From assembly GCF_000260965.1 (NCBI RefSeq), contig NC_017856.1, forward strand, positions 210,001 through 242,000: a stretch of 32,000 nucleotides of DNA. Direction: 5' to 3'. Within the stretch, counting starts at the first letter, position 1. Each line of letters begins with the position of its first letter. The stretch comes from Methylophaga frappieri (lineage in GTDB: Bacteria; Pseudomonadota; Gammaproteobacteria; Nitrosococcales; Methylophagaceae). Below, in pieces: positions 1-11,399 of the stretch. The notes below the pieces were generated by a model. The model worked only from the letters and a program-made list of their open reading frames with translations, did not search any database and was not told the DNA's origin. The position numbers and the translations under genes are program-made.

Positions 1-278
1 CGATGGAGATCATTGATGAGCTAGAGCCTGTTAAGCGTGGCGTTTATGCTGGTGCTGTGGGATATTTATCCTGGACCGGTAACTTGGACACCGCCATCGC
101 TATTCGTACTGCCGTTATCAAACAGGATCAACTGCATATTCAAGCCGGTGCCGGCATCGTTTACGACTCTGTTCCTGAGTCAGAATGGCAAGAAACAATG
201 AACAAAGCCAGAGCCGTATTTCGTGCTGTAGCCATGGCTGAAGCCGGCTTGCAACCTCCAACCAGTGACTTGTCGTGA
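1..278 (+). CDS. trpE: Anthranilate synthase component I, C-terminal fragment (5' end lies outside the window)
   Basis: The ORF is open from the window edge. The C-terminal chorismate-binding signature ([10 protein letters not shown]...AIAIRT...[17 protein letters not shown]) is typical of TrpE, and trpG-trpD-trpC follow. Confidence 0.9.
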   Translation, partial: MEIIDELEPVKRGVYAGAVGYLSWTGNLDTAIAIRTAVIKQDQLHIQAGAGIVYDSVPESEWQETMNKARAVFRAVAMAEAGLQPPTSDLS

Positions 279-287
279 GCTGAAAAT

Positions 288-869
288 ATGCTATTAATGA
301 TCGATAATTACGACTCTTTTACCTATAACCTGGTTCAGTACTTTGCTGAATTAGGTGTCGAAGTCGTTGTTAAACGCAATGACCAGTTAACACTGGCAGA
401 CATAGACAAATTAAACCCGGATCAGATTGTTATTTCACCCGGACCATGTACGCCGAATGAGGCGGGCATTTCTCTGGAGGTGATTAAACAATTTTCGGGC
501 AAAAAACCGTTGTTAGGTGTTTGCCTCGGCCATCAGGCTATAGGCCAGGCATTCGGCGGTGATGTTGTTCATGCACGAGAAATCATGCATGGTAAAACCT
601 CGCAGGTTCACCATCATGACCGGGGCGTCTTCAATGGATTGAATAATCCGCTACAAGCCACTCGCTATCACTCTTTAGTCGTTAAGCAGCAAACTTTACC
701 AGACTGCTTTGAAATCACGGCTTGGACTGAAAGTCAGCCAGGACAGATTGATGAAATTATGGGCCTGCGCCATAAAACATTACCGGTTGAAGGTGTCCAG
801 TTTCATCCAGAATCAATTCTGACTGAACAAGGCCATCAATTACTTAAGAATTTTCTGGAGCCCCTCTAA
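288..869 (+). CDS. trpG: Anthranilate synthase component II, a class I glutamine amidotransferase (possibly bifunctional TrpG/PabA)
   Basis: 193 aa with the N-terminal [14 protein letters not shown] motif, catalytic GVCLGHQ and C-terminal GVQFHPES. It sits between trpE and trpD, and its TAA stop shares one base with the trpD ATG (TAATG at 867-871). Confidence 0.93.
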   Translation: MLLMIDNYDSFTYNLVQYFAELGVEVVVKRNDQLTLADIDKLNPDQIVISPGPCTPNEAGISLEVIKQFSGKKPLLGVCLGHQAIGQAFGGDVVHAREIMHGKTSQVHHHDRGVFNGLNNPLQATRYHSLVVKQQTLPDCFEITAWTESQPGQIDEIMGLRHKTLPVEGVQFHPESILTEQGHQLLKNFLEPL

Positions 870-1909
870 TGAGCGTATTAACGCTTAGTCTGCCGCAAGC
901 CATAAAACGGGTGATGCAGCGCGATAATCTGACCGATGAAGAGATGACGCAAGTGATGCAGCAAATCATGACGGGGCAGGCAACCGATGCGCAGATTGGG
1001 GGTTTTTTAATTGGACTCGCAATGAAAGGTGAGACGGTTGCTGAGATTACGGCAGCAGCCAAAGTCATGCGTCAACTGGCAACGCCCGTTACGATTCAAA
1101 GCGCCCCCATCATTGATACCTGTGGCACAGGCGGCGATGGCGCCAGTAGTTTTAATGTCTCAACTGCCAGTGCATTTGTTGTCGCCGCGGCAGGTGCCAA
1201 AGTCGCAAAACATGGCAACCGTTCCGTTTCCAGCACGTCGGGCAGCGCGGATGTGCTTGAGGCTGCGGGTGTTAATCTGGATATTAGCCCGGAACAAGTT
1301 GCGCATTGTATCGAAACTGTCGGTATCGGATTTATTTTTGCTCAAAAACATCATGGTGCAATGAAACATGCCATTGCTGCACGTAAAGAAATGGCCGTTC
1401 GTACCATTTTCAATTTGCTTGGCCCGTTAACCAATCCTGCCGGTGCCCCCTATCAAGTGTTAGGGGTTTATGATCGGCAATGGTTACGCCCAGTTGCTGA
1501 GGTGCTCCAGCAACTGGGTAGTCGTCATGTCCTGGTTGTCCATTCAGCAGATGGCATGGATGAAATCAGTATTGGTGCAGAGACAACCATTGCAGAGCTC
1601 AAAGATGGCAAGATCAACGAATACACGATTCAACCCGAAGATTTTGGTCTACAGCGTGCAGATATCACCGCACTTAGTGTCAATAATGTCACGGAAAGTT
1701 TAGCGATGATTCAATCCATCTTTGCAGGGCATTCTGGTCCGGCCAGAGATATTGTTGTCTTAAATGCGGGCGCTGCGATTTATGCCGCTGATTTAAGTGA
1801 CGATCTGGCAAGTGGCATCCAATTAGCACAAAACTTAATCGATAACGGTGTAGCAGCCAAAAAGCTTGATGCACTGATTCAATGCAGTCAGGGACTGACA
1901 AATGAATAG
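869..1909 (+). CDS. trpD: Anthranilate phosphoribosyltransferase
   Basis: 346 aa with the TrpD motifs DTCGTGGDG and KHGNRSVSS...GSADVLEA, in trp operon context. Confidence 0.95.
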   Translation: MSVLTLSLPQAIKRVMQRDNLTDEEMTQVMQQIMTGQATDAQIGGFLIGLAMKGETVAEITAAAKVMRQLATPVTIQSAPIIDTCGTGGDGASSFNVSTASAFVVAAAGAKVAKHGNRSVSSTSGSADVLEAAGVNLDISPEQVAHCIETVGIGFIFAQKHHGAMKHAIAARKEMAVRTIFNLLGPLTNPAGAPYQVLGVYDRQWLRPVAEVLQQLGSRHVLVVHSADGMDEISIGAETTIAELKDGKINEYTIQPEDFGLQRADITALSVNNVTESLAMIQSIFAGHSGPARDIVVLNAGAAIYAADLSDDLASGIQLAQNLIDNGVAAKKLDALIQCSQGLTNE

Positions 1910-2702
1910 TAAGCCCGATATTCTCAACAAAATTCTGCAACGCAAGCAACAGGAAATTGCCGAACGTAACGGTCGCGTTCCATTGCAAAAAATGCAGCAG
2001 CTTGCTGAGCAAGCCCTGCCCGTTCGTGGCTTTGTCACGGCAATGCAAACGAAACTGGCGGCAGGACAAAGCGCCGTCATTGCCGAAGTAAAAAAAGCCT
2101 CGCCAAGTAAAGGTCTGCTTCGAGAAGATTTTCACCCGGCGGAGATTGCCCGCTCCTATCAAGCAGGAGGTGCCGCTTGTTTATCTGTTTTAACGGATAG
2201 AGATTTTTTTCAAGGTCACGAAGACTATCTGCAACAGGCACGGGAAGCTTGTGACTTACCCGTGATTCGAAAAGACTTTATTGTTGACCCATATCAAGTC
2301 TTTGAAGCAAGGGCTATCAATGCAGACTGTATTTTATTGATTGTTGCCGCTTTAACCGATGCGCAGTTAGAAAACCTCAGTCAATTGGCCTTGCAACTGG
2401 ATATGGATGTCTTGGTTGAAGTCCATGATGCCATTGAGTTACAAAGGGCACTAAGCTTGAATTTACCCCTGATTGGCATTAATAACCGGGATTTACGGAG
2501 CTTTGAAATCTCGCTACAAACAACCTTGGCACTTTTGCCGCAAATCCCTGATGACGTGATTGTCGTAACAGAAAGTGGCATTCATACCGCAGCGCATGTT
2601 GAACAAATGCGAAATCATGATGTAAACGCTTTTTTGATCGGCGAAACTTTTATGCGCGCCCCAGATCCAGGACAAGCACTAAAAGCCTTGTTCGAATCTT
2701 AA
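1902..2702 (+). CDS. trpC: Indole-3-glycerol phosphate synthase
   Basis: 266 aa with the [12 protein letters not shown] and DFIVDPYQ motifs. The start overlaps the trpD end by 8 nt (ATGAATAG), which suggests translational coupling. Confidence 0.95.
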   Translation: MNSKPDILNKILQRKQQEIAERNGRVPLQKMQQLAEQALPVRGFVTAMQTKLAAGQSAVIAEVKKASPSKGLLREDFHPAEIARSYQAGGAACLSVLTDRDFFQGHEDYLQQAREACDLPVIRKDFIVDPYQVFEARAINADCILLIVAALTDAQLENLSQLALQLDMDVLVEVHDAIELQRALSLNLPLIGINNRDLRSFEISLQTTLALLPQIPDDVIVVTESGIHTAAHVEQMRNHDVNAFLIGETFMRAPDPGQALKALFES

Positions 2703-3388
2703 ATTGCGCGTTTTTTGATTTGAACCGGTGATCGTCGATGTGACTCATCGTACAAGATAACCGTTTTACCATGCGCCCATAGCGTGCCCTGCTCTTGAAG
2801 CTCTTTCATGACACGGCCAACCATTTCGCGTGAACAGCCAACAATACGGCTAATTTCCTGACGCGTCACTTTAATCTGAATCCCTTCTTCATGACGCATG
2901 GCATCGGGCTGGATAGATAATTCTTCCAATGCGGCCATCACACGACCAGCCACATCAAGAAATGCCATGTCAGATGCTTTGCGTGTCGTGCTTAATAAAC
3001 GACGCGCTAATTGCTCTGCAAGGGTTTGTAACAGCATTGGATAGCAGTTTTTCAGGTGGGTTTCCGCCATACTGCGAATCTGTTGGTAACTGATTTCTTC
3101 TGTGCGGCAGTCACTCCGCGCCCGCACCGTGACCATGCGATCGCCGACCTCTGAAAATAAACCGACCTCACCAATGAAATCACCCTGATTAAGATAAGCC
3201 ACAATAAGCTCTTCACCCTCTTCGTTTTCCATGCAGATGCTGACGGATCCCTCACGCAGATAATACAGTTTATCTGCCGCATCCCCGGGCCGGACAATAA
3301 TGGTTTTTGCGGGATAATGCCGGCTGTGACAAAACTGAAAAAATTCTGCCAAACCAGATTCTATTGCTTTATGTTTATGATAATCCAT
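2699..3388 (-). CDS. crp: cAMP receptor protein (Crp/Vfr family global regulator)
   Basis: Near-colinear similarity to E. coli CRP ([45 protein letters not shown]). I chose the start at MDYHKHK (3388) by alignment logic. The track ORF extends to 3466 with a non-conserved N-terminus. There is a roughly 16-aa C-terminal extension relative to E. coli CRP. Confidence 0.9.
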   Translation of the reverse strand: MDYHKHKAIESGLAEFFQFCHSRHYPAKTIIVRPGDAADKLYYLREGSVSICMENEEGEELIVAYLNQGDFIGEVGLFSEVGDRMVTVRARSDCRTEEISYQQIRSMAETHLKNCYPMLLQTLAEQLARRLLSTTRKASDMAFLDVAGRVMAALEELSIQPDAMRHEEGIQIKVTRQEISRIVGCSREMVGRVMKELQEQGTLWAHGKTVILYDESHRRSPVQIKKRAI

Positions 3389-3501
3389 CGCTTTTTCCAA
3401 ACCAAAAGGGGCATATGCCAAACAACAGTTACTGCCCGATGCAGATGAATATGGCAAAATTGTCACGTTTTAGCAATGTAGCGATAAGGTAATCGAATCT
3501 A

Positions 3502-3921
3502 ATGAAAGCACGTGTGAAATGGGTTGAGGATGTTCTTTTTCTGGGCCAAAGTGGCACTGGCCATACCGTAGTGATGGAAGGCCCGGCTGAAGCCGGTGGA
3601 CAAGGCACGGGCATGCGGCCAATGGAGTTATTACTGCTGGGCATGGCTGGCTGCACCGCCTATGACGTCGTGGGTATCCTGAAAAACTCTAAACAGGAAA
3701 TCAGTGATTGTGATGTCAGTGTCACAGCAGAACGTGCTGATGACATGCCGAAAGTGTTTACCAAGATTCATGTGCATTACAAAATCCGAGGGCGGCAGGT
3801 AAAACCGAATTTTGTCGAACGGGCAATCAAACAATCGACCGAGAAATACTGTTCTGCCTCGATTATGCTCGGTAAAACAGCTGAAATCAGTCATGCTTTT
3901 GATATTGAAGAAATTAATTAA
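3502..3921 (+). CDS. OsmC/Ohr-family protein (YhfA-like putative peroxiredoxin/redox protein)
   Basis: 139 aa of OsmC-family size with the family pattern, including the conserved Cys regions (GMAGCTAYD and KYCSAS). It is divergent from crp. Confidence 0.85.
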   Translation: MKARVKWVEDVLFLGQSGTGHTVVMEGPAEAGGQGTGMRPMELLLLGMAGCTAYDVVGILKNSKQEISDCDVSVTAERADDMPKVFTKIHVHYKIRGRQVKPNFVERAIKQSTEKYCSASIMLGKTAEISHAFDIEEIN

Positions 3922-3932
3922 ACGATTACATT

Positions 3933-4214
3933 ATGGAAACCCACATCTATAAATCCAAACGCAAAGCAGAAATGTACTTGTATTTGCTCGTCGAAGATGA
4001 CTTTTCGGTAGTGCCAGAAACGCTTCTAAACGCTTTTGAGCCCGCTCCCGAAAAAGTCATGACATTGCGTCTGTCTTCTGACCGGCCATTAGCAAGAGAA
4101 GATGTTGATCAAGTCATGCAACAATTACAAGAGCAAGGTTTCTACCTGCAAATGCCACCATCAGCAATGAGTCTGCTGGAAAAAGAACGCGCGACTAACG
4201 CCGCCGCATCATAA
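3933..4214 (+). CDS. ycgL: YcgL-domain protein (DUF709)
   Basis: 93 aa. The pattern [14 protein letters not shown]...GFYLQMPP matches the YcgL family signature as I remember it. Confidence 0.75.
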   Translation: METHIYKSKRKAEMYLYLLVEDDFSVVPETLLNAFEPAPEKVMTLRLSSDRPLAREDVDQVMQQLQEQGFYLQMPPSAMSLLEKERATNAAAS

Positions 4215-6746
4215 TAATTTTTTCAGCTGGTATAACGTCTCAAGCGCCTGTTTAGGCGTTAACTCATCTGGGTCAAGTTGCTGCATCGCAGCGAGTAATG
4301 CGGTCGTATCCGGCTTAATTGCACTATCAGCTGGCTTTTCAGACGACGTCAGTTGCCGTGTTTGCTGCTCCAATTGCGTAAGTTGCTGACGAGCAGCATG
4401 GATAACGTCATTTGGAACGCCAGCCAGCTTGGCGACTTGTAGACCGTAACTCTGGCTCGCCGCACCGGGTTTTAATTGATGTAAAAAAACAATGTCATCA
4501 CCATGTTCAACCGCATCCAGATGCACATTACCAGCGGCTTCATAAAGCTCTGGTAACCGTGTCATTTCAAAATAATGCGTGGCAAACAGACAATACGCGC
4601 CAATATCACGGACTAATTTTTCCGCACAACTCCAGGCTAATGCCAACCCATCAAAGGTACTGGTACCACGGCCGACTTCGTCCATCAGTACTAAACTGTT
4701 GGCTGTTGCATTATTCAAAATATTTGCCGCTTCATTCATCTCCACCATAAATGTGGAACGACCACCAGCCAGATCATCCGTGGCACCAATTCGAGTAAAG
4801 ATCTGATCGACAGGTCCAATAAAAGCCTTGTCCGCTGGCACATAACTGCCCATCGCGGCCATGATGATAATCAGCGCTGTTTGCCGCATATAGGTGGATT
4901 TGCCACCCATATTTGGCCCGGTCACAATGTGCATGCGGGTTGCGTCAAACCGCAGATCGTTGGCGCAAAACGGCGCAGTTTGCACCGCTTCAACAACGGG
5001 ATGTCGGCCGGCTGTGATTGATATTTCGGATCTCTCTGTCAAGACTGGCTGGCTGTAATGTAATGTCTTTGCACGCTCAGCCAGATTACAAAACACATCT
5101 AAACATGCCAATGCTCGTGCCGATTCTGCCAAGGCGGGTAAATCCGGTGCTAATTTGTCAAACAAAGCGTCGTAAAGCGATTTTTCCAGTGCCAGCGCTT
5201 TATCTTTAGCACGAAGCGCTTGATCTTCGTACTCTTTTAGCTCTGGGGTGATATAGCGTTCCGCATTTTTAAGCGTCTGCCGACGTTGATAATCGTCTGG
5301 TAAATCAAGCTGATGTGCTTTGCCTAATTCGATAAAATAGCCGTGTACCTTGTTATAGCCCACTTTAAGCGTATTGACGCCCGTTCGTTGGCGCTCACGA
5401 CTCTCTATGGCTTGCAAATAATCATTAGCGTTGTGCTGCATCTGGCGTAAATGATCCAGTTCTGCGTCGTAGCCTGCCGCTATCACACCGCCATCCCGAA
5501 TTAACAGCGGTGGCTCAGCAATAATGGCCTGCTCCAACAACAGTTTAACTTCGCGAAACTCGCCTAGCTTTCTATCCACCTGCTTCAAAGGACCATTTAC
5601 GTCACGCAAAGCATGATGCAGCGTTGGCAGCTGTGCCAATGTCTGTCGTAATTGGGTAAAGTCCCGCGGCCGGGCTGAGCGTATTTCAATCCGGGTAATA
5701 ATGCGTTCAATATCCGACACCGACTTCAGACAGGCTTGCAGATCGGCCACTAAGTCTTGTTCTGATATCTGTTCAATAGCCTGGTGACGCTCTTTAATCA
5801 CACTGGAACGGCGATCTGGTTGAAGCAGCCAACGACGAAGCAAGCGTCCGCCCATTGGCGTCAATGTTCGATCAATAACAGAAATTAAGGTATGCGCCTT
5901 CCCCCCACTCAAGTTCACTTCTAATTCGAGATTTCTCCGCGACTGCGGGTCGATCAGAATAAAGTCGGCAAGGGATTCATAACTGATCGAACGTATCTGG
6001 GGTAACGCGGTTTGTTGGGTTTGTTGAGCATAATTCAATAAACAACCAGCAGCTCGAATAGCTAAGGTTGCTGATTCGCATCCAAAGCCATGTAAATCGC
6101 TGGTTTCAAAGTGGGCACAGAGACGCTGGCGCGCTGCAGATTCTTCAAAATGCCATTCCGGTACAACACGCCATTGCGATTGATAATGTCTCAATTGTGA
6201 TGTTTGGCTGTCATCAGCCAGAATTTCGGCTGGTTTTAATCTGGCCAGTTCGGCTTGTAACGCAGCACTATCGTTTAATTCTGTTATCCAAAACCGGCCG
6301 CTGCTCAGGTCCGCTGCCGCTAGGCCATACCCTTTGGCATTCCCCGCTATCGCTACCAGATAATGCTCGCGACCTTGGTCTAACAGCGCATCATCGGTGA
6401 GCGTACCCGGCGTTAAAGTCCGGACTACTTTTCGTTCAACTGGCCCCTTACTGGTTGCCGGATCCCCTACTTGCTCACAAATCACGACGGACTCGCCCTG
6501 CTTTAATAATCTTGCCAGATAACTTTCCGCCGCATGATACGGCACGCCCGCCATCGGGATGGGGGCACCATTGCTGTTGCCACGGGCTGTCAACGTGATA
6601 TCCAGCAGCTGAGCGGCTTTATGCGCATCATCATAAAACAGCTCATAAAAGTCGCCCATGCGATAAAACAATAAAGTATCGGGATGCGCAGCTTTAATCC
6701 GCAGATATTGCTGCATCATAGGGGTATGATGAGAAAGGTCTTTCAT
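4209..6746 (-). CDS. mutS: DNA mismatch repair protein MutS
   Basis: The N-terminus [35 protein letters not shown] is colinear with E. coli MutS, and the Walker A motif GPNMGGKST and TFMVEM are present. I chose the start at MKDLSHH (6746). The track ORF start at 6830 adds 28 non-conserved residues and would overlap pncC. Confidence 0.95.
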   Translation of the reverse strand: MKDLSHHTPMMQQYLRIKAAHPDTLLFYRMGDFYELFYDDAHKAAQLLDITLTARGNSNGAPIPMAGVPYHAAESYLARLLKQGESVVICEQVGDPATSKGPVERKVVRTLTPGTLTDDALLDQGREHYLVAIAGNAKGYGLAAADLSSGRFWITELNDSAALQAELARLKPAEILADDSQTSQLRHYQSQWRVVPEWHFEESAARQRLCAHFETSDLHGFGCESATLAIRAAGCLLNYAQQTQQTALPQIRSISYESLADFILIDPQSRRNLELEVNLSGGKAHTLISVIDRTLTPMGGRLLRRWLLQPDRRSSVIKERHQAIEQISEQDLVADLQACLKSVSDIERIITRIEIRSARPRDFTQLRQTLAQLPTLHHALRDVNGPLKQVDRKLGEFREVKLLLEQAIIAEPPLLIRDGGVIAAGYDAELDHLRQMQHNANDYLQAIESRERQRTGVNTLKVGYNKVHGYFIELGKAHQLDLPDDYQRRQTLKNAERYITPELKEYEDQALRAKDKALALEKSLYDALFDKLAPDLPALAESARALACLDVFCNLAERAKTLHYSQPVLTERSEISITAGRHPVVEAVQTAPFCANDLRFDATRMHIVTGPNMGGKSTYMRQTALIIIMAAMGSYVPADKAFIGPVDQIFTRIGATDDLAGGRSTFMVEMNEAANILNNATANSLVLMDEVGRGTSTFDGLALAWSCAEKLVRDIGAYCLFATHYFEMTRLPELYEAAGNVHLDAVEHGDDIVFLHQLKPGAASQSYGLQVAKLAGVPNDVIHAARQQLTQLEQQTRQLTSSEKPADSAIKPDTTALLAAMQQLDPDELTPKQALETLYQLKKLL

Positions 6747-6763
6747 AAGTAATAGTCTACCGT

Positions 6764-7258
6764 ATGCCACTTGTTTCCGATGAATCTCTTTATCAATACA
6801 CTGAAAAACTTGCATCACTCCTGCTCGCACAACAAAAACAGTTGGTTACAGCGGAATCCTGTACCGGCGGCTGGCTGGCGAAGTGTTGCACCGATTTGGC
6901 AGGCAGTTCCGTCTGGTTTCAAGGCGGCATCGTCAGTTATAGCAATGCGTTAAAACGCCAGCTACTTCAGGTCTCCGAAGCGACGCTCATGCAACATGGT
7001 GCCGTTAGCGAGCCGGTTGTTCGTGCCATGGCAATGGGCGCTTTGCAACAACTTGGTGGCGATGTCAGCGTTGCCATCAGCGGTATTGCAGGGCCAAGTG
7101 GTGGCACCAAGGCAAAACCGATTGGCCTGGTTTGGTTTGGTTTTGCCAATTCTGAAAACATTTTTTGCACACAAAAACGCTTTACTGGCGATCGTAGCGC
7201 AGTCAGGCAACAAGCCGTTGCCTTTGCCTTAACTGAACTCATCAAAATGCTAGAGTGA
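6764..7258 (+). CDS. pncC: CinA-family C-terminal-domain protein / nicotinamide-nucleotide amidohydrolase (YgaD/PncC-like)
   Basis: 164 aa with TAESCTGGW...GGIVSYSN...SGIAGPSGG motifs. It occupies the same position upstream of recA as E. coli ygaD (pncC). Confidence 0.88.
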   Translation: MPLVSDESLYQYTEKLASLLLAQQKQLVTAESCTGGWLAKCCTDLAGSSVWFQGGIVSYSNALKRQLLQVSEATLMQHGAVSEPVVRAMAMGALQQLGGDVSVAISGIAGPSGGTKAKPIGLVWFGFANSENIFCTQKRFTGDRSAVRQQAVAFALTELIKMLE

Positions 7259-7269
7259 CAAACGCGAGT

Positions 7270-7284
7270 ATGTGATAATCACAT
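7270..7284. promoter_or_regulatory. Perfect 7-1-7 inverted repeat ATGTGAT-A-ATCACAT in the recA promoter region (candidate operator, binding factor unknown)
   Basis: Read directly from the sequence. It lies 33-47 nt upstream of the recA ATG and overlaps a -10-like GATAAT (7274-7279). Confidence 0.3.
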
Positions 7285-7316
7285 GTTTTAAATGAACCAG
7301 ATCAGGGGTATTCCAA

Positions 7317-8360
7317 ATGGATGAAAACAGAAAAAAAGCGCTTGGCGTTGCCTTAGGTCAAATTGAGAAACAATTTGGCAAAGGCGCCGTGATGCGTTTA
7401 GGCGATGGAAGCGCCGCCCGTGATATCGAAGCTGTTTCAACCGGCTCAATTGGTCTTGATGTGGCGCTAGGTATTGGTGGCCTACCGCGCGGACGGGTGA
7501 TTGAAATTTATGGTCCGGAATCTTCGGGCAAAACCACCTTAACGCTGCATGCCATTGCCGAAATGCAAAAAATGGGTGGCACAGCGGCTTTTGTCGACGC
7601 AGAACATGCACTCGATCCATTGTACGCAGAAAAACTGGGCGTCAATATTGATGATTTACTGGTTTCACAACCCGACACCGGCGAACAAGCCTTGGAAATC
7701 GCCGATATGCTGGTCCGAAGTGGTGCAGTCGATATTGTTGTTGTTGACTCTGTCGCCGCCCTGACACCAAAAGCAGAAATCGAAGGTGATATGGGCGACA
7801 GTCATATGGGCTTGCAAGCCCGATTGATGTCACAGGCATTGAGAAAGTTAACAGCCAATATTAAACGCTCTAACACCCTCGTTATCTTTATCAATCAGAT
7901 TCGGATGAAAATTGGCGTCATGTTTGGGAACCCTGAAACAACAACGGGAGGTAATGCCCTAAAATTTTACGCCTCTGTCCGTTTGGACATTCGACGCATT
8001 GGCGCCATCAAAAAAGGCGATGAAATTTTAGGTAATGAAACGCGCGTCAAGGTGGTGAAAAATAAAGTCGCGCCTCCATTTAAGCAAGTTGAGTTTGATA
8101 TTCTTTACGGTGAAGGCATTTCACGCGAAGGCGAGCTCATTGATTTAGGCGTGGCGGCGAATATTGTTGAAAAATCGGGGGCTTGGTATAGCTATGACGG
8201 CAACCGAATCGGTCAGGGCAAAGATAATGTCCGTCAGTATTTGAAAGATAATGACGCCATCGCAGCGGATATCGAAAGCAAAATTCGCGCGGTGATGCTG
8301 CCTAAAAACAGCAAAGCAAAACCGGAAAGTGATTTATCTGAGACTGAATCAGAGGCGTGA
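7317..8360 (+). CDS. recA: Recombinase RecA
   Basis: 347 aa, unmistakably RecA ([10 protein letters not shown] Walker [46 protein letters not shown]). Confidence 0.98.
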   Translation: MDENRKKALGVALGQIEKQFGKGAVMRLGDGSAARDIEAVSTGSIGLDVALGIGGLPRGRVIEIYGPESSGKTTLTLHAIAEMQKMGGTAAFVDAEHALDPLYAEKLGVNIDDLLVSQPDTGEQALEIADMLVRSGAVDIVVVDSVAALTPKAEIEGDMGDSHMGLQARLMSQALRKLTANIKRSNTLVIFINQIRMKIGVMFGNPETTTGGNALKFYASVRLDIRRIGAIKKGDEILGNETRVKVVKNKVAPPFKQVEFDILYGEGISREGELIDLGVAANIVEKSGAWYSYDGNRIGQGKDNVRQYLKDNDAIAADIESKIRAVMLPKNSKAKPESDLSETESEA

Positions 8361-8797
8361 GCCGCTCTTGCCAAGAGCATGCGATCTCGTTGCTTGCAAG
8401 ACGCGAACACAGTGCATTTGAATTAAGGCAAAAGTTGTCACAACACGCGTATTCGGACAATGAAATTGAACACGTTTTGCAGTTGTTACAAGAACAAGGT
8501 TTGCAGGATGATGCGCGATTTGCCTCGCAATATTGGCGTTATCGCGCTAATAAAGGCTATGGCGCCCTGCGGATAAAGCAGGAGTTGCAACAACGTGGCT
8601 TGACGAATGAGCACATTCAACAGGCGATGATGGAAGTAGAAATTGATTGGTTTGTATTAGCGGTCAACGTACGATGCAAACGTTTTGGTAATAAAGCGCC
8701 CAGCGACTTGAAAGAACGAGCTAAACAGCAACGTTTTTTGCAGTACCGGGGATTTACTTTTGATGAGATTAAAGAAAGTTTTAATAACAACCCATGA
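8357..8797 (+). CDS. recX: RecA regulator RecX
   Basis: 146 aa with a RecX-like helical repeat pattern ([16 protein letters not shown]..., [15 protein letters not shown]). The GTG start overlaps the recA TGA (GTGA), and the gene holds the conserved position after recA. Confidence 0.9.
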   Translation: MSRSCQEHAISLLARREHSAFELRQKLSQHAYSDNEIEHVLQLLQEQGLQDDARFASQYWRYRANKGYGALRIKQELQQRGLTNEHIQQAMMEVEIDWFVLAVNVRCKRFGNKAPSDLKERAKQQRFLQYRGFTFDEIKESFNNNP

Positions 8798-11397
8798 AAA
8801 CTAGTGCTGATATACGCCAGTTATTTCTGGACTACTTCGCCGGTAAAGGCCATGAGGTGGTCGAGAGTAGCCCATTGGTGCCTGCGAATGACCCTACCCT
8901 GCTATTTACGAATGCAGGAATGGTGCAATTTAAAGATGTCTTTTTAGGGAATGAGTCGCGAAAAATCCCCCGTGCCACCAGTACACAACGCTGCGTTCGT
9001 GCGGGTGGTAAGCACAACGATTTGGAAAATGTTGGCTATACCGCAAGGCACCATACCTTTTTTGAAATGCTCGGCAATTTCAGTTTTGGTGATTACTTCA
9101 AGCGTGAAGCAATTCAATATGCTTGGGAATTTTTGACCGTTTCATTGGCCCTGCCGCCAGAAAAATTATGGGTCACTGTATTTGAAGAAGATGAAGAAGC
9201 GGCTGATATTTGGCTAAACGAAGTAGGTATCAGCGCCGACCGTTTTTCGCGTATTGGCGCCAAAGATAATTTCTGGTCAATGGGTGACACGGGCCCTTGT
9301 GGTCCTTGCTCAGAAATTTTCTATGATCATGGTGAAGAAGTTGCAGGTGGACCACCAGGTAGTCCAGAGGAAGATGGCGATCGCTATATTGAAATCTGGA
9401 ATCTGGTCTTCATGCAATTTGATCGTTCGGCTGATGGCACGTTAACACCCTTACCGAAACCGTCGGTTGATACCGGTATGGGTCTGGAGCGATTAGCCGC
9501 CGTTCTGCAGGGTAAACACAACAACTACGACATTGATCTGTTTCAGAATCTGATTACAGCCATCGTCCAACTTGCGGGTATTGACGATACGACACATACC
9601 TCCGCTCGCGTTATTGCTGATCACATTCGTTCTTGTGCTTTTATGATTACTGACGGAGTGCAGCCATCGAATGAAGGTCGTGGCTATGTGCTACGGCGCA
9701 TTATCCGACGCGCGATCCGTCATGGTCACAAACTGGGTTTAAAACAGGCTTTTTTTCATAAACTGGTCGCCCCGCTTGTTAACGAGATGGGAGACGCCTT
9801 TCCTGAGCTGGTCAAGGCACAACCCCTGGTCGAACGTGCCTTGGCACTGGAAGAAGAACGCTTTGCGGATACACTCGACAATGGCCTCAAAATCCTTGAT
9901 CAAGCTATCGATGCGATGGCTGATAAAGAGATTCCGGGCGAGACCGTTTTCCTATTGTACGATACCTATGGTTTCCCTATTGATTTGACTGCTGATATCG
10001 CAAGAGAACGAAATCTTACCATCGATATCGCTGGCTTTGAACGGCATATGGAAGCTCAGAGAAATCGAGCTCGTAACGCCAGTCAGTTTGCTGGTGGACT
10101 GTCAGAAAATTTGATTATTGATGGTGAAACCGTTTTTTGTGGTTACGATCACACCCGGCAAGAAGCCACGATCATGGCATTACTGGTGGATGGCGAAAAC
10201 GTCAATACGCTCGAGGCCGGTCAAACCGGTATTATCGTGCTAGACCATACGCCGTTTTATGCTGAATCTGGTGGTCAGGTTGGCGATAAAGGTGAAATCA
10301 ATTCTGCCGGTGCGCACTTTTCTGTCATGGATACGCGCAAACAGGGCAAAGCCTTTGCCCATATGGGGGAATGCAAACATGGTCAATTTGAAATTGGCCA
10401 ACAAATCATTGCCCATGTTGATGAGTCAAACCGACAGGCCACCGCGCTGAATCACTCTGCAACGCATTTATTGCATGCCGCTCTGAGGCAAGTTTTGGGC
10501 GATCATGTCAATCAGAAAGGATCTCTTGTTAACGCGCAGCGTTTACGCTTTGACTTTTCGCATTACGAAGCGGTATCAGCCGAACAAGTGCGAGAAATAG
10601 AACGTCTGGTAAACCAGCAAATTCGTATCAATCATACTGTTGAAACCCGACTCATGCCGCTCGAAAAAGCCCGGGATTGTGGCGCAATGGCCTTATTTGG
10701 CGAGAAGTATGATGATGAGGTGCGTGTCTTAAGCATGGGGGAATTTTCTATCGAGCTTTGCGGCGGCACGCATGTTGGACGCACTGGTGATATTGGCCTG
10801 TTCAAAATCATCAATGAGGCTGGCATTGCCTCAGGTGTTCGCAGAATAGAAGCCGTTACGGGTGATATTGCCCTGGATATCGTAGAAGATGCCGAAAATC
10901 GATTAAGCAAAATTTCTGATCTGGTGAAAGCCAAAGCGGATAATGTCGAAGAGAAGACATTGCAATTGGTTCAAAAAAACCGGCAGCTGGAAAAAGAATT
11001 AGAATCACTAAAAGCAAAATTGGCGAGTAGCGCCGGACAAGATATGGCGAACGAGGCTATTGATATTCATGGTGTCAAAGTTTTGGCCGCAAAATTAGAT
11101 GGCGTCGATGTCAAAGCGCTTCGTGATGCTATGGACCAATTGAAAAATAAGTTAGGAGATGCCGTTATCGTTCTCGCCAACGTTAGCGATGACAAAATCA
11201 CCCTGATAGCCGGTGTCACCAAGGCGCAAACAGAAAAAGTACGAGCCGGCGATTTAGTCGCGCATGTTGCCAAACAAGTAGGCGGTAAAGGTGGCGGTCG
11301 CCCAGACATGGCACAAGGCGGTGGTAATCAACCCGAAAATCTCTCTCAAGCCCTTGATTCAGTAGCCCAATGGGTAACTGACAAGCTGGAAGCATAA
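8794..11397 (+). CDS. alaS: Alanine--tRNA ligase
   Basis: 867 aa with [28 protein letters not shown], the editing-domain HSATHLLH...CGGTHV and a C-terminal DHHA1-type region. The ATG overlaps the recX stop (ATGA). Confidence 0.98.
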   Translation: MKTSADIRQLFLDYFAGKGHEVVESSPLVPANDPTLLFTNAGMVQFKDVFLGNESRKIPRATSTQRCVRAGGKHNDLENVGYTARHHTFFEMLGNFSFGDYFKREAIQYAWEFLTVSLALPPEKLWVTVFEEDEEAADIWLNEVGISADRFSRIGAKDNFWSMGDTGPCGPCSEIFYDHGEEVAGGPPGSPEEDGDRYIEIWNLVFMQFDRSADGTLTPLPKPSVDTGMGLERLAAVLQGKHNNYDIDLFQNLITAIVQLAGIDDTTHTSARVIADHIRSCAFMITDGVQPSNEGRGYVLRRIIRRAIRHGHKLGLKQAFFHKLVAPLVNEMGDAFPELVKAQPLVERALALEEERFADTLDNGLKILDQAIDAMADKEIPGETVFLLYDTYGFPIDLTADIARERNLTIDIAGFERHMEAQRNRARNASQFAGGLSENLIIDGETVFCGYDHTRQEATIMALLVDGENVNTLEAGQTGIIVLDHTPFYAESGGQVGDKGEINSAGAHFSVMDTRKQGKAFAHMGECKHGQFEIGQQIIAHVDESNRQATALNHSATHLLHAALRQVLGDHVNQKGSLVNAQRLRFDFSHYEAVSAEQVREIERLVNQQIRINHTVETRLMPLEKARDCGAMALFGEKYDDEVRVLSMGEFSIELCGGTHVGRTGDIGLFKIINEAGIASGVRRIEAVTGDIALDIVEDAENRLSKISDLVKAKADNVEEKTLQLVQKNRQLEKELESLKAKLASSAGQDMANEAIDIHGVKVLAAKLDGVDVKALRDAMDQLKNKLGDAVIVLANVSDDKITLIAGVTKAQTEKVRAGDLVAHVAKQVGGKGGGRPDMAQGGGNQPENLSQALDSVAQWVTDKLEA

Positions 11398-11399
11398 TT

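Noticed and set aside
844-2162. Several track ORFs overlapping trpD/trpC on other frames or the other strand (844-1068 -, 1029-1364 +, 1160-1369 -, 1470-1703 +, 1689-2162 -, 1835-2080 -)
   Set aside because: They lie entirely inside strongly conserved trp genes, have no recognisable motifs, and show the amino-acid composition typical of off-frame translation. The same reasoning applies to the analogous shadow ORFs inside mutS, recA, alaS, lysC, oadA/oadB, amylosucrase, the fructokinase gene, spp and sps.
3410-3419. A perfect 10-bp palindrome GGCATATGCC in the crp/osmC divergent region, and a weak CRP-like TGTCA-N6-AGCAA at about 3461-3476
   Set aside because: About 30 perfect 10-bp palindromes are expected by chance in 32 kb. 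The CRP-like site matches only one half-site.
3389-3466. The longer N-terminal extension offered by the track for crp. The same situation arises for mutS (6747-6830), lexA (13992-14051), the LysR gene (24722-24838), yrbG (27545-27634) and the fructokinase gene (24 extra codons up to 30607).
   Set aside because: The extensions are non-conserved, often AT-rich or overlapping the neighbouring gene. Internal Met codons reproduce the N-termini expected from the well-known family members.
7270-7284. Reading the recA-upstream palindrome as a CRP binding site because of its TGTGA/TCACA half-sites
   Set aside because: CRP sites have a 6-nt spacer (TGTGA-N6-TCACA), whereas here the spacer is 3 nt. The site is kept as an unassigned operator candidate instead.
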